A stretch of DNA of 63,998 nucleotides, the filler included, from Conidiobolus incongruus B7586 (taxonomy: Eukaryota), in assembly GCA_000697335.1 (NCBI GenBank). It is 18 parts of 18 records of this genome, joined end to end, with 100 filler letters (N's around TTAATTAATTAA, not from the genome) between each part and the next. Parts side by side here need not be neighbours in the genome. Positions count along the whole stretch, not along the records: positions 1 to 3,826 come from JNEM01000888.1; positions 3,927 to 7,709 come from JNEM01000889.1; positions 7,810 to 11,555 come from JNEM01000890.1; positions 11,656 to 15,386 come from JNEM01000891.1; 14 more parts are not named here. One strand, 5' to 3'. A program made the position numbers and the translations under genes. The notes under the pieces are model-generated. The model saw only the letters and a list, made by a program, of their open reading frames with translations, was not told the DNA's origin and did not search any database. Below are positions 1 through 12,910 of this stretch, piece by piece; position 1 is the stretch's first letter; every line of letters starts with the position of its first letter.

Positions 1-1351
1 GGGATAAGTCACTAATATATTAAAATTTATATTAAGTATTATTAATATATTATAATATTAATAGAATATAATCTTAATTTTAGAAATAATATTAAAAATA
101 AAAAATAATAAAAATTGAGAAGAAAAAAAAACCTAGTTTATTAAATAATTCAATGGATTTATATAATTAATTTAAATATAAAAGTATAAATTAATTATAT
201 AATTTATAATTAGTTAATTTATAAAAAATATATAAAAATTTAAAGAACTAATCTCTTAATAAGATATATTTTATGATTTAATAATATTAATTTAAAATAA
301 TTGGAAATAATTAGAAATAATCAGAAATAATCTTGTTTATTACTCAACAAACTTTAATTATCATCCTAACATAAGGAATTATATCAAAAATACATTATTT
401 TATGAATTAGTTAAATTTATCATTTTCTCCTATAAAGCATTTATATTCTCTAATATTCACAATTAAAACTAATATAAAATTATCATAATCAAATTAATAA
501 ACATATCTTTCTGATTTTAAAAATATCTAGTCTTTAAGTTTTTTTTGTAATATCCCCAAAAATATTTAGTTATGACAAATATAAGATATTTATTATATTT
601 GAAAAATCTTTTGTAATAAGCTAATTTCACCTAATTTGGTGATCTCCCTTAGTTTCACTTAACTTAATGGTAATCTATTGTTTACCATTGGTGATTCCTC
701 ATTTAAGCTCTAAAAGTCTATTTCCTCCTATATTTACAGATGTCAAAAGTATATATTTAAAGAAAATATAATTTTAAATAATTATAATAATCAAATCTCT
801 TGTCATTTGGAATTAAATATATATAAATATATAGAATAAAAATAAAATATTGATTTAGTAGATAAAAGTAGAATGTTTTTTGATATCAAAATATATTTCC
901 CTAAAATTTTTTTAATCACAGGTATAAATTTGATTCAAAATTTAATTTTGTAATATTATGTTTTTAGCAAGTATTTTGTTCATAGATCCTAATAATAATT
1001 TCTGAATAAATAACAACTTTATATTTGTCTACTCTAATCGGATCATTAAAATTTTGAAGTTAAAATTTCATAAACATGATTTGTGAATACAAGAAAATTA
1101 GTCTGATTAACTAGAAATCAAAAATATAATAGCTGTACACTATTAAACTAATAGTAATCAAGATGAGATTCAAGAAAAAAACAATTCAAATTTAAATTGT
1201 AGATGAAATTATTATATATATAAATAATAATGTCTTGGAAGATAAAAAATATTCATAAAAACGTGACATAATAATTATAATCAAGATTTATATTTCTTTA
1301 AAATATATGTACAAGATGAAATAATTAAGATAATATTTTAATTCAAAAATA

Positions 1352-2540
<1,189 letters not shown>

Positions 2541-3826
2541 CTTAGAAATATATTTGTAATGAATAGAATCAATTAATAATTGAATGAGTGGATTAGGTTT
2601 TCTTTATGTTCTTTTAGATGACTTATATATTATGGGAAGGTTTTCAATGCCTTTGTTGATGCCATACAATTAATTTAGATAGATTCTAAATTTCGATTAA
2701 AGTTTTAAAAGTGGATTATCTGTTATCCAATTAAATATATTAACTCTGAAGTTAATTTGATACTAATCTTGATAAATTGGAATTGAGAAGTATTTCTTGT
2801 CTAAAATTTTTTTAATGTTTTATCAGACATTAATTAGTATTAATGAAAAATATCAGTCTTATCCACAAAAAATAATGAATTTATGTTGTTACAATGAAAA
2901 AGCTGATATATTATTTTTGTTTAAAATAATGCTTCCGTCGCCCCTAAATAGGCGCTACTATATCAAAATGATTTAAATACAAGACATGAAATAATGCATT
3001 GAATACTATTAATTTATAAATAATAAATATTATTAATATGATTATATGAATATCATGGCATCTTAAAAATGTCTTTTTTTATAACTATTAAATAACTCAA
3101 TTTAATCTTTACGTTTCAAGAAAAAAGATTCAAAATTTTAAATTGAAGTAAAATCAAAGGTGAATTAATACAAGAGGATTTTGAAATCCATACGATGAAA
3201 TATATTCGTGAATATTATAAAAACATATTTAAAATATAAAAATTCTTTCAAAAAGGAATTTGTTGAGTTTATAAAAAATTTATTGGTTAAGATAAAATAT
3301 CAGAGCTTTATAACTTTTAAGACTGTTTTATATATTAAAAGATTCTGATAACTTCAAATCAACAAGCTATGATTCAACACGCAATTAAATATTTGCATTT
3401 ATTCAGAAATATAGAAATTTTAAATATTGACTATTAGAATAAGTATCTATCAAAGCACTCAAATGGAAAAACATGATTTTATTTACAATTCAATGAATTT
3501 GGTTTATCTCATTATATCATAAATTAATTATATAATATAAAAAAGATTTTATTACTTTATTATTTTATATTACAATTAAATATTTGGATATATTGTTATT
3601 AAATAATTTTTATAGATTATTTATCAAATTAATGTTTTAAGGTAATATTATAATAGTAAAACCATTTCCATGATATTATTGGATATTGTCATTTTTTTAG
3701 ACTTACTTACATATACAAAGCCTTAATAATTATTTATGATTTTTATCTTAATATTAATAAACTTTAAATTAATTCAAAAAAGAAATAATTTATTAAAATA
3801 TTTATATATATATAATTTTATTTAAA

Positions 3827-3926
3827 NNNNNNNNNNNNNNNNNNNNNNNNNNNNNNNNNNNNNNNNNNNNTTAATTAATTAANNNNNNNNNNNNNNNNNN
3901 NNNNNNNNNNNNNNNNNNNNNNNNNN
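3827..3926. other. Artificial contig-joining linker N44-TTAATTAATTAA-N44 (first of 17)
   Basis: Identical 100-bp spacers at 3827, 7710, 11556, 15387, 19200, 22935, 26653, 30365, 34022, 37655, 41331, 44768, 48002, 51125, 54810, 57806 and 61006. The core 12-mer places stop codons in all six frames. Confidence 0.99.
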
Positions 3927-4525
3927 AATATTATAACTTTAAATTAATATTTTTTATTATATTTATTTAATAATAATTATATCAAATTATTAATTATTTT
4001 AAAATATTATAATAAAATAAATTAAAATTTTTCAATATTCTAATTATAATATAAATATATTTTGATTTATCAATTATATTGAATATACTTAATATAAATA
4101 ATTTAGATTGGTAAATTATATTTATATTTTATTTTAATTAATAAACTCATTTAAAAACAAAGATTATTTATTAATATAGGTCATATCATATAATTTTACA
4201 AAAAAACATATTGATTTTTCTATACATTTTAAAATATAGATTGGATAATATTATAAAAAATATATTAACAAAAATAAATAGTCTTTTATCTTCAATAAAC
4301 TAAGTAAATATTGTAAAAAATTGCATCTCAAAAATCAAATCCAATTATAAGTTATATTTCAGGTGAAGTCTTTGTTAAATATGATTAATATTGTATTATA
4401 TCATAATGCGGATATTTCTTGAATTGAAATAATGTGGACTAATGAATTTTATAAATCTAAGAAAGGCATTGGATGAAATGAGAATATCCCCAATGATCCA
4501 AACAGAATAGGTGTAATAGTGAACA

Positions 4526-4561
4526 TGATTGGTTGGATGGGAAGCTGCATGTGATTGGTTG
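4526..4561 (+). promoter_or_regulatory. Two reverse CCAAT boxes upstream of the Rho gene
   Basis: TGATTGGTTG occurs at 4526-4535 and 4552-4561, about 200 bp upstream of the Rho ATG; matches NF-Y/HAP-type sites. Confidence 0.4.
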
Positions 4562-4757
4562 AAGCTCAGTTGCTAAGGAGTTGAAGATAGTGTGAAAGTG
4601 AATAGTGAATGATGCTAGATTTGGAGTGAGGAATTGATTTCACAGCAGTTGTTAATTGGACTGGTGTAACAAAACTTTTCATAATAAAGATTATTTTCAA
4701 AACTTCATTTTACCTTTTTTCTCTTTCGATAATTATTTTTCATTCATACCTATTCAA

Positions 4758-5628
4758 ATGACTGCCCGACCTACGGTTTTGAGCAGAAAGCTTGTTATTG
4801 TTGGTGATGGTGCTTGCGGAAAAACTTCACTCCTATCAGTGTATGTTCAGGGCACTTTTCCAAAAGTATTTTTCACATTTTACATATTTTTAATTAAACT
4901 AAATGTTTATTTTTAGGAACATGTACAACATTTATACTTGGATTAAATATTTGAAAATCCTCTAACTCTCCTTTTTTAGACTCCCACTGTATTTGAAAAC
5001 TTTGTTAAAGATGTTAATATTGATGGTAAAACTGTAAACTTGGCTCTGTGGGATACTGCGTAAGTTTTACTCTCTAATATATCTCATCATTATACTGATA
5101 AACTTTGTTATTATATACTTCTTTTAGCGGACAAGAAGAATATGAGGTATTTTTTGATATTGGAATATTAAATCATATTTCTAATTGTATCGAATTAATA
5201 GAGATTGAGACCACTTTCCTATTCTAGGACAAATGTCATATTAATTTGCTATAGTATAGATTCTCGTGACTCTTTAGAAAATGTTTCAGAAAAGGTTAAT
5301 TTTTATTCTTTGTTTTTCCATTTTTATATGTTTTTAACAATTATTTAAGTGGATAGATGAAGTTAATACACTTTGTTATGGAGTTCCTATTCTTTTAATT
5401 GGGCTTAAAAAGGATTTACGTGATAAAGAACCTAATCCTGATAGAAGCTTTGTTCAAACTCATGAAGGAGCTGAGGTTGCAAACCAAATTGGAGCTCGTA
5501 GATTTATTGAATGTAGTGCCTTAACAGGCGAGAATGTTACTGAGGTTTTTGAAAACGCTACTCGTGCTGCGTTATTTGTTACTCCTTCTGGTCCTTCTGA
5601 AGGTGGAGGTTGTTGCATTGTTCTTTAA
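4758..5628 (+). CDS. RHO2: Rho-family small GTPase, Rho2-like, 6 exons
   Basis: Exons 4758-4865, 4917-4922, 4980-5059, 5128-5146, 5202-5294, 5350-5628 give [16 protein letters not shown]...[13 protein letters not shown]...LALWDTA|GQEEYE|RLRPLSY...GLKKDLR...[10 protein letters not shown]...[18 protein letters not shown] and the CC-aliphatic-L CAAX end are typical of fungal Rho2. Confidence 0.92.
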
Positions 5629-6595
5629 ATTTATACTTTTCATTCTTTTTAACTCTATTTTTGGATATTTGATGATATTGTTTAAAATTGCTACTATTCT
5701 AACAATATCATCCTATATAATATGAAAATCCACTTCCTATAATTGCCCCCATCACGTTAATACACTTTTGACTCAAGAATAATAACTTCCGAAGATATCT
5801 ACCTTCCATCTAACTTTGAATTAATAAAAGTAATCAATATATTTTATCTGTTCTATAATCAATATATCAATAATCTCACAAATTCTCAATACTTTATTGA
5901 TTTTAATTCATCTCTCATATGGCTGAATATTTATATTATTGAGCATCTATTTATCAAGAAAAATATTTATTAGACATAATATAAATATATTACCCAAAAT
6001 TTTTATCAAAAGTATTCATTTAATCTATTAAATAAACATTGTACCTTATTCATTTATAATTATTTCAACAAATATGCACATTGGATTAAAGTGATAACTT
6101 AATGTACGATTTAAAGAATATATAATAATGGTTGTATATGATCAAACACAATAGTTAAAAATATTAATACACAGCATAATATTTTTAAAATATATAATTT
6201 TAATTAATTTTGTATATTAAAAATCTACACCCAATTAATTATTAAGATAATTTCAATTCTAAAAATTCATCCTCATCATATATCTCATTTACAATAAATA
6301 TATCGATTGCTTAATATATTAAACCTCAATGTGTTATCACGATCTTAATTCTAATTATATTTATTAATAATAATGTTATTATAACATAAGCATTAAAGGA
6401 TATGAATATACTTTGGGAACTTGATATAAAATTATATTTTTAATGTTTTTTGCTACTAATTCATTACTCAAAGAGTCATTAATTTATTAATTTAATTTCA
6501 TCAATATTCCCATAATATTTAATCAAATTTTTGGAATATATTAATTTAATTTGAAGAAAGTGAATTATTTTAGATATGATAATAAATTATTACTA

Positions 6596-7010
6596 ATGAA
6601 CAAAGGAGTACAGCAAAGTATTAATATTTGTGGAAAAAAGTTACGAACAAGTGGATTACAATTTATGTGTTCCTCTTTTCCCGGCTCAACAAAAGAAAAT
6701 ATGGCCATATTTAATTACTTTAGAAAATATGGTAACATTCAATCTTATATTCATCAAAGAGTAAGCAAATATATGATATTTATTAATAATTTTCAACTAA
6801 CACACTTCCCAGTGCCCTGAAACCAAACAGAGCCTTTTATCAGGTAATGTCATTTACTCAGAGCCACAAGCGGTTGAAAATATATTAAAGCATAAAAAGC
6901 ATGAAATACCTGATACGAATATTACTATTAACGTATACCCCTATACTCCAAAGTCGCTTTATGTTAATAACGCTATTAATCTATCAACTCGCTTTCAAGG
7001 ATTTCGTTAA
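6596..7010 (+). CDS. Small protein with a degenerate RRM-like domain (2 exons; start uncertain)
   Basis: Exon 6596-6760, GTAAGC...CTAAC...CAG intron, exon 6813-7010: ...AIFNYFRKYGNIQSYIHQR|CPETKQSLLSGNVIYSEPQAVENILKHKKHEI...FQGFR*. This resembles the hnRNPA1/Musashi/Hrp1 RRM pattern (YFxxYG...RDPxTKxSRGFGFVTF...VxxVL..xHxI). Confidence 0.65.
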
Positions 7011-7809
7011 TTTTCAAGTTTAAAATTATATAATTATTTATAAAAGTTATCAATAGAAGAAACATCATTTGTGTCATAACATATATCAATGATATTTATC
7101 ACTATTTATCATATTTTTTGAAGATATAACCAAATTTACATCGACAAATTACGTTTTCATCTAGTCTTTCAATTTTTTCCACCTATTATTTCATAATTTA
7201 TACAAACCAATATTTTTTATAATTAGAATTAATTTTCAAAATAATAAAATGAATAGTATGCATTTTCAACCAAGCTCATTATTTATTCTTGAGCGCTTAG
7301 CTTTTTTATAAAACATTTTACCTCTATATAATAGAATTAATAGTTTCAACCAATATATTTTTATTCTGTCAACTTTGATATATATTGACATATGGCATAA
7401 ATGTGCATTTGATATTTGACTTTAATTCAATAACTCAAGCAAGTTTCATTTAATAATTAAAATAATATTTGATTATTTAAACAACTTAAAATCTTTTTAA
7501 AAAATTTTTAGCCAGTTAAATAATAAATATAATTTATACTTTATTTTATCCAATTTAATTAATTTTATATTTTCCCTTTCAATTTTATCTTATTGATTTT
7601 TAAATATATATTTTCTTATTCAAAATAAATATTAAATATTTTTTTATTAAATTTATACTATATATTATTATAAATTTCTTTATCTTATAAAAAATTTAAT
7701 TAAAATATANNNNNNNNNNNNNNNNNNNNNNNNNNNNNNNNNNNNNNNNNNNNTTAATTAATTAANNNNNNNNNNNNNNNNNNNNNNNNNNNNNNNNNNN
7801 NNNNNNNNN

Positions 7810-8108
7810 ATATATTCTTTAGATTATAACTTATATAATTATAATTGCTTTAAACAATTAAAAAACTAGCTTATAAAAAAGAAAATTTTTACAGGGAAAT
7901 TTAATTTATTTATAAAACATCAAATTTTAGTCTCTAATAAAAAAAACTATTTTTTAAGTATTAAGAGTTTGTTAAAAATATAACAAAAAGTTATTAATAA
8001 TAAAAAAACTATTAAATTTATATTATATATTTATATTTATATATCATATATCAAAATGCTTATTTATTTTCAATCACAAAAAATTCCCATTATTTAAATT
8101 ATAAAGTA
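7810..8108 (-). repeat. Dispersed ~300-bp AT-rich repeat, copy 1 (probable DNA-transposon/MITE end)
   Basis: Shares collinear blocks (tagattataacttatataattataatt; aaaaagttatta; aaattcccattatttaaatta(c/t)aaagta) with six other copies. Confidence 0.8.
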
Positions 8109-8394
8109 ATAATTTTAATCTTAATCATAAATTCTAATAGATATTGAAATCTTAAAAGTAATATCAACCTAATTATTTAATTCTATGCTTAACTTTAGAA
8201 ATAGATATACTTACAGATTATTAATGACATAATAATAGATAATCTAAAAGCTTGAATTTTACTTTGTATAGATGATTAACTAATGACTTTTTATTGGATT
8301 TGATAAATTTGAATAAGAATACAATTAATTGTTTCTTTACTATAGAATTATAAATTGATAAATAAATTGCTTGGTTAGAGTTATTTTCAACACA

Positions 8395-8860
8395 TTAGGC
8401 CTCGACTAATAAGATGGAAATTATTGACTTGAAAGCTTTAGATTATCCTGTGCGCAGTATTAAAAACTCATTGTAATATATGATATATATTAACGATAAT
8501 AATAGAAATCAAAAAACTGTCAGCATGTGGCATATTCAATTTCCGCCAAATAGCACTAGTAGCCCATCCTAGCCAAGTACCCATGTTCTCTCATATTTAG
8601 CCCGGCAAAAACAACTATTTATTTAAAATTTTATCAATTACTCTAAAGATATTTTCAGAAACTTTGTAGCTGGCACATATTACTGGATCAATGCCCAATC
8701 AAGTTTTAAAGATACTTAATCTAACCCAAGTGATTTGTCCATATTAACTATGTCTAATTTTTAATTACTGTGGTTTTTATTTAGATATTGCGATCAAATT
8801 CAACTCTTAGCAAGTCCCACACTACTTCCTCTTCAGATAATTTGAAGAAAATCGAACCAT
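8395..8860 (+). pseudogene. Unidentified decayed coding remnant
   Basis: GC is elevated over the flanks; one frame reads SACGIFNFRQIALVAHPSQVPMFSHI*PGKNNYFI*NFINYSKDIFRNFVAGTYYWINAQSSFKDT*SNPS. No family recognised. Confidence 0.25.
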
Positions 8861-9514
8861 ATAAAAATATTTACCAATGTTTCTACTCATATAACATCTA
8901 TCCAAAGCCTATATTAATTAATAATTAAAAACTTGATAAAATTTTTTATAATATTCAATAATAATAAAATAAATTATAAAATTTTATATTACTCTTTTTT
9001 TGGAATTGTCTTTTAAATAAAAAATAATTTTGAATATATTCAATAGTTATTATTTTTTAGTTAATATTAATATTAATATTAATAAAATCTAATAATTAAT
9101 TTTTAATCATTCTGAATAATTTAATTAATTAATAAAAATAAATGTGTTTAAATGGTCTGTCATATTATTGGAAATAATTATGCAAATTCCTTTGAAATTG
9201 TTTTAGTTTTTGGCATGGGATTTGATACAATTTTGGGATTGAGTGATGTATTGTGAGATTGAGACTTAATAGATGATATTAAAAAACTATTAATTTAATA
9301 ATCTTTGAGAGAGAAATTAGTATTATTGAAATAAGTACAAATCAAATTGAAAGATAATTACATAATAAAAATCATTATGAATGATTTATGTAGAATATAT
9401 AATAAGGTTATATAGTTTATTGGGAATAGGGTAATATATAAAATATGTTAATATTTGTGAGAGTCAAGATATATGAATGAGTGGAATAGTTTAACGAATA
9501 ATTAGAGATGGTAG

Positions 9515-10260
9515 AAAGGATAGGGGCTTGCAGCCAATTCGGATCTGGGGGCAGGATAGGGGGAAAATGACTATTTAAATTGAATCTACTATGTTTTATG
9601 TTTTCTTCATTCTTCGGTGGGATTGGCTGCGGTGTATCTCAAGACGTGCCAAATATTAGGGACTCTGAGAGTATGACGTGGGGACTAACTGGGACGTGAG
9701 GATGATTTAAAGGGACTTCTAACCCTAGCCCTCTTCATTTGGTAGCCTATTTTTTTTCAATAAAGTTTTCCAAATTTTATGTGCTAAATGTAGACCATTT
9801 TCTGTTTTTTCAAATTTTAGACTTACAAGGGTTTTTTGATTTGAGGAGTTTTCTCTAAGCATACCTTTTTTGGGACGTGATTCGGAGGAGCTTGCCGGTA
9901 TAATAATTTTTGGTATTTTGAATATTATATCAAAGTCTTTTTTTGGGATGACAGGGACTTGGATTTGACTGGACTGGAACAGGCACTGTACTATAGAGGT
10001 AAAGATTATTAGGAACCTTCTTCTTTGCAGGGCTCAGAGTATACAGGGGATATCATAAAGAATTTTCATTTTGTGGAAAGAGTAGAAGCTGATACGCTAA
10101 TACATAAGTTAAGCAATCATCATGGTAAGAAATATACCGGCTTGGGACTAGAGTAAAGGGGGCACCAAAGACAGTGTGAAATGAGAGGGAAATGAATGAC
10201 GGGTTAGTAATGCACGACTTGGGGGTAACGAGAAATGACTATTAAGTTAGGTTTATATAT
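9515..10260. other. GC-elevated, strand-asymmetric island with no ATG-initiated ORF of 60 aa or more (regulatory region or ncRNA candidate)
   Basis: Seven GGGAC motifs, four GACGTG motifs, an inverted GCAGCCAAT/ATTGGCTGC pair, and a minus-strand TATATAAA at about 10252-10259. Confidence 0.4.
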
Positions 10261-12910
10261 CTATTTGTCAAACCTTTAAAACAAACAATACAGGATCAAA
10301 CTCAAACAATCTTTAATCTCAACCAATCAATTAAATGCATTTTTCAGAATTACACAGATGTAATGTTGAAAAACACTTGACGTCAGTTGAATATTTAATA
10401 TTAGTCAAGAATCATTGTATTAAAAAGTGGTGTTATTTCAATATTGTAAACTTGGTTAAAATATCAAGTTGACACAAATATACTTCAAAACCTTAATTCT
10501 CTTGAAAATTCGATTAAAGTCTATAACAGTGAATCATGGCAAAATCTTCAGTCAACCTTTAACTCTTTAATACATATCCAATTAATTATAACTATTTTTC
10601 AAACTTAATTTTATACTTCAAGGTTAAAAATGAACAATTATTTCATTCATTTCAAATTAGTAATTATTTTATTTACCTCAATCGTGTTACAAATAGGTAT
10701 TAAATACTATCCTCAAAATTGAAATTATACCAATTTGACTTAACTCTATTAGCTTTTAGTGAAATTGGTGAAAATTATTTTCAATTAAAAATTTAAGTAC
10801 TGTGATTTCAAATATTAATAATAGATTCTTTTCAGTTATTTTTTTTTCCGAAAAAAATCAGAATTTGAGTTTGATTAAAAACATTGAATTATAATAATTA
10901 GGATGAATTTGTTAAGTATAATTATGTTTAAAATATTTGCAATCAATTATAGTTAACATTGTACTGCGGACTTCGCATATTAACTAATGTAATTTACTAA
11001 AAATACTTATAATATTATACACAATGAATTTTTTATAATACTATCTCTTACTTTAATAATAAAAATTTGATATTTGAACAAGTGTATATTTAAAGAATTA
11101 TTTTCAAATAATGCAATGTTCAAACATATGAAACCTTGGCAATAATTTTTGGAGACCAAATACTGAAAACTAAGACATTGCACATATCATAAAATTGATT
11201 TCTTAATTACAAGATGGCTTAATAACATCAATTAAACCCTAATTTTAATATAATAATTATAATTTGTTTGAAAAAAATTAATATTTGAATTTTATTTTTA
11301 TTAATAAAAAATTTTTGTTTTTCAACAAATTACAAATAATAACCAATAATATTAGTATTTTAAGTTAAAAAATTTTTAAAGTATTAATCCTTTATATAAA
11401 ACTGAATTAATTTTAATAATATAATATTTCAATATAATTTGAATAATTATATATTGAATTTATTAATAAATTATTAATATAATAAGAAAAATTATTTAAA
11501 TATATATAAATATCATATTTTATTAATAATTGAAATATATTATATATAATATTAANNNNNNNNNNNNNNNNNNNNNNNNNNNNNNNNNNNNNNNNNNNNT
11601 TAATTAATTAANNNNNNNNNNNNNNNNNNNNNNNNNNNNNNNNNNNNNNNNNNNNAAAATGTTTTTATTATATATAATAATATTAAGTACTTAAAGTATA
11701 ACATGTTAAATTTATACCAAATCTTTGATCAAATATATTATTCTAAAAAATATACTATAATTCTATATTTTATTAATAATTTAAAATTTTTTTCAAATTA
11801 ATTTTTTCATTTCAATATCTTTTATTTATTAAAAATTGAAATTAATCATAGTATAAATTAAATTTATATAAATTAATGATAAAAATAATCAATATTGCAA
11901 TATTAATTTATATATGTCAAAATATTTGATAACATAATTCTATTTTCATTTAATCGTGGTGTATTTATTCTGGTTTAAAATCTAAATATTGTTAACATGT
12001 TTATTGAATGTATACTTAGAAAGCGTTTAAATTATTTATAGAATAACATAAAAAATAATAAAAATAAAATTAACTGAATTAATAATCTAAATATAATAAT
12101 AATTTGAAATACATATAAAAACAATATTATATAAAGTTTTGTATATCAAATTATTCACCACTAATGACATATTTTTATTAAATATCTAATTAAACATTTA
12201 TCCCTGGTATATTAATTAATTTAAAATCACAAAAAAGCTTGCTTAAGCTATTTAATAATATTATTATAGTTATTTTTAATGATCAACTTTAAATCAAATT
12301 AAAAAGATTGCAAATGTAAACTCAAATAATTTTTTTCTGTGTACAAAGATTATATGTTTTTAATCATAATTTATTAAATTAATTATTTATGCTAATATCA
12401 AATATTTGGAATATATTTCAACTAAGGCCTGCGCTTTATTTTATGAAAAAGTTGATGTTAATACCTGTGATCTCATCATGAAGTTACAAATTCGGAAACT
12501 TGTACAAAAACATATTTCAAAACTTTATAGATTTAATAATTGATATACTAGGATGATTTAATAGTAACATATTTTTATCTTATTTAATCTATTAATTAAA
12601 TTTTATTTATTAATAATATTTAATTAATAATATTATAAATTATTATTATTTTCTTTTTAATTAAAAATTATTAAATTGAATATTAAATGAATTTTTTAAT
12701 TAAATTAATAAAATTGTGATAATAATTTAGATAATTAAAAGAAAATAATTTTTATTATTGATAATTTAACAAATTAGGAAATTAAGCATGATTTAAATTG
12801 TAAATCTAATTAATGATTAAAAAGATGATTTAAAGTTCAGATTCTTTAGTTGAATCACTATCATTACTCTAATCAATATCAATTAATAAATTCTTTTATT
12901 AATTAATTAT

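Noticed and set aside
3871..3882. Regularly spaced TTAATTAATTAA as a biological repeat or CRISPR-like array
   Set aside because: Always flanked by exactly 44 Ns on each side; it is a six-frame-stop assembly linker.
10030..10125. Minus-strand ATGATGA...CTGA as a C/D-box snoRNA
   Set aside because: No terminal stem and no recognisable rRNA guide.
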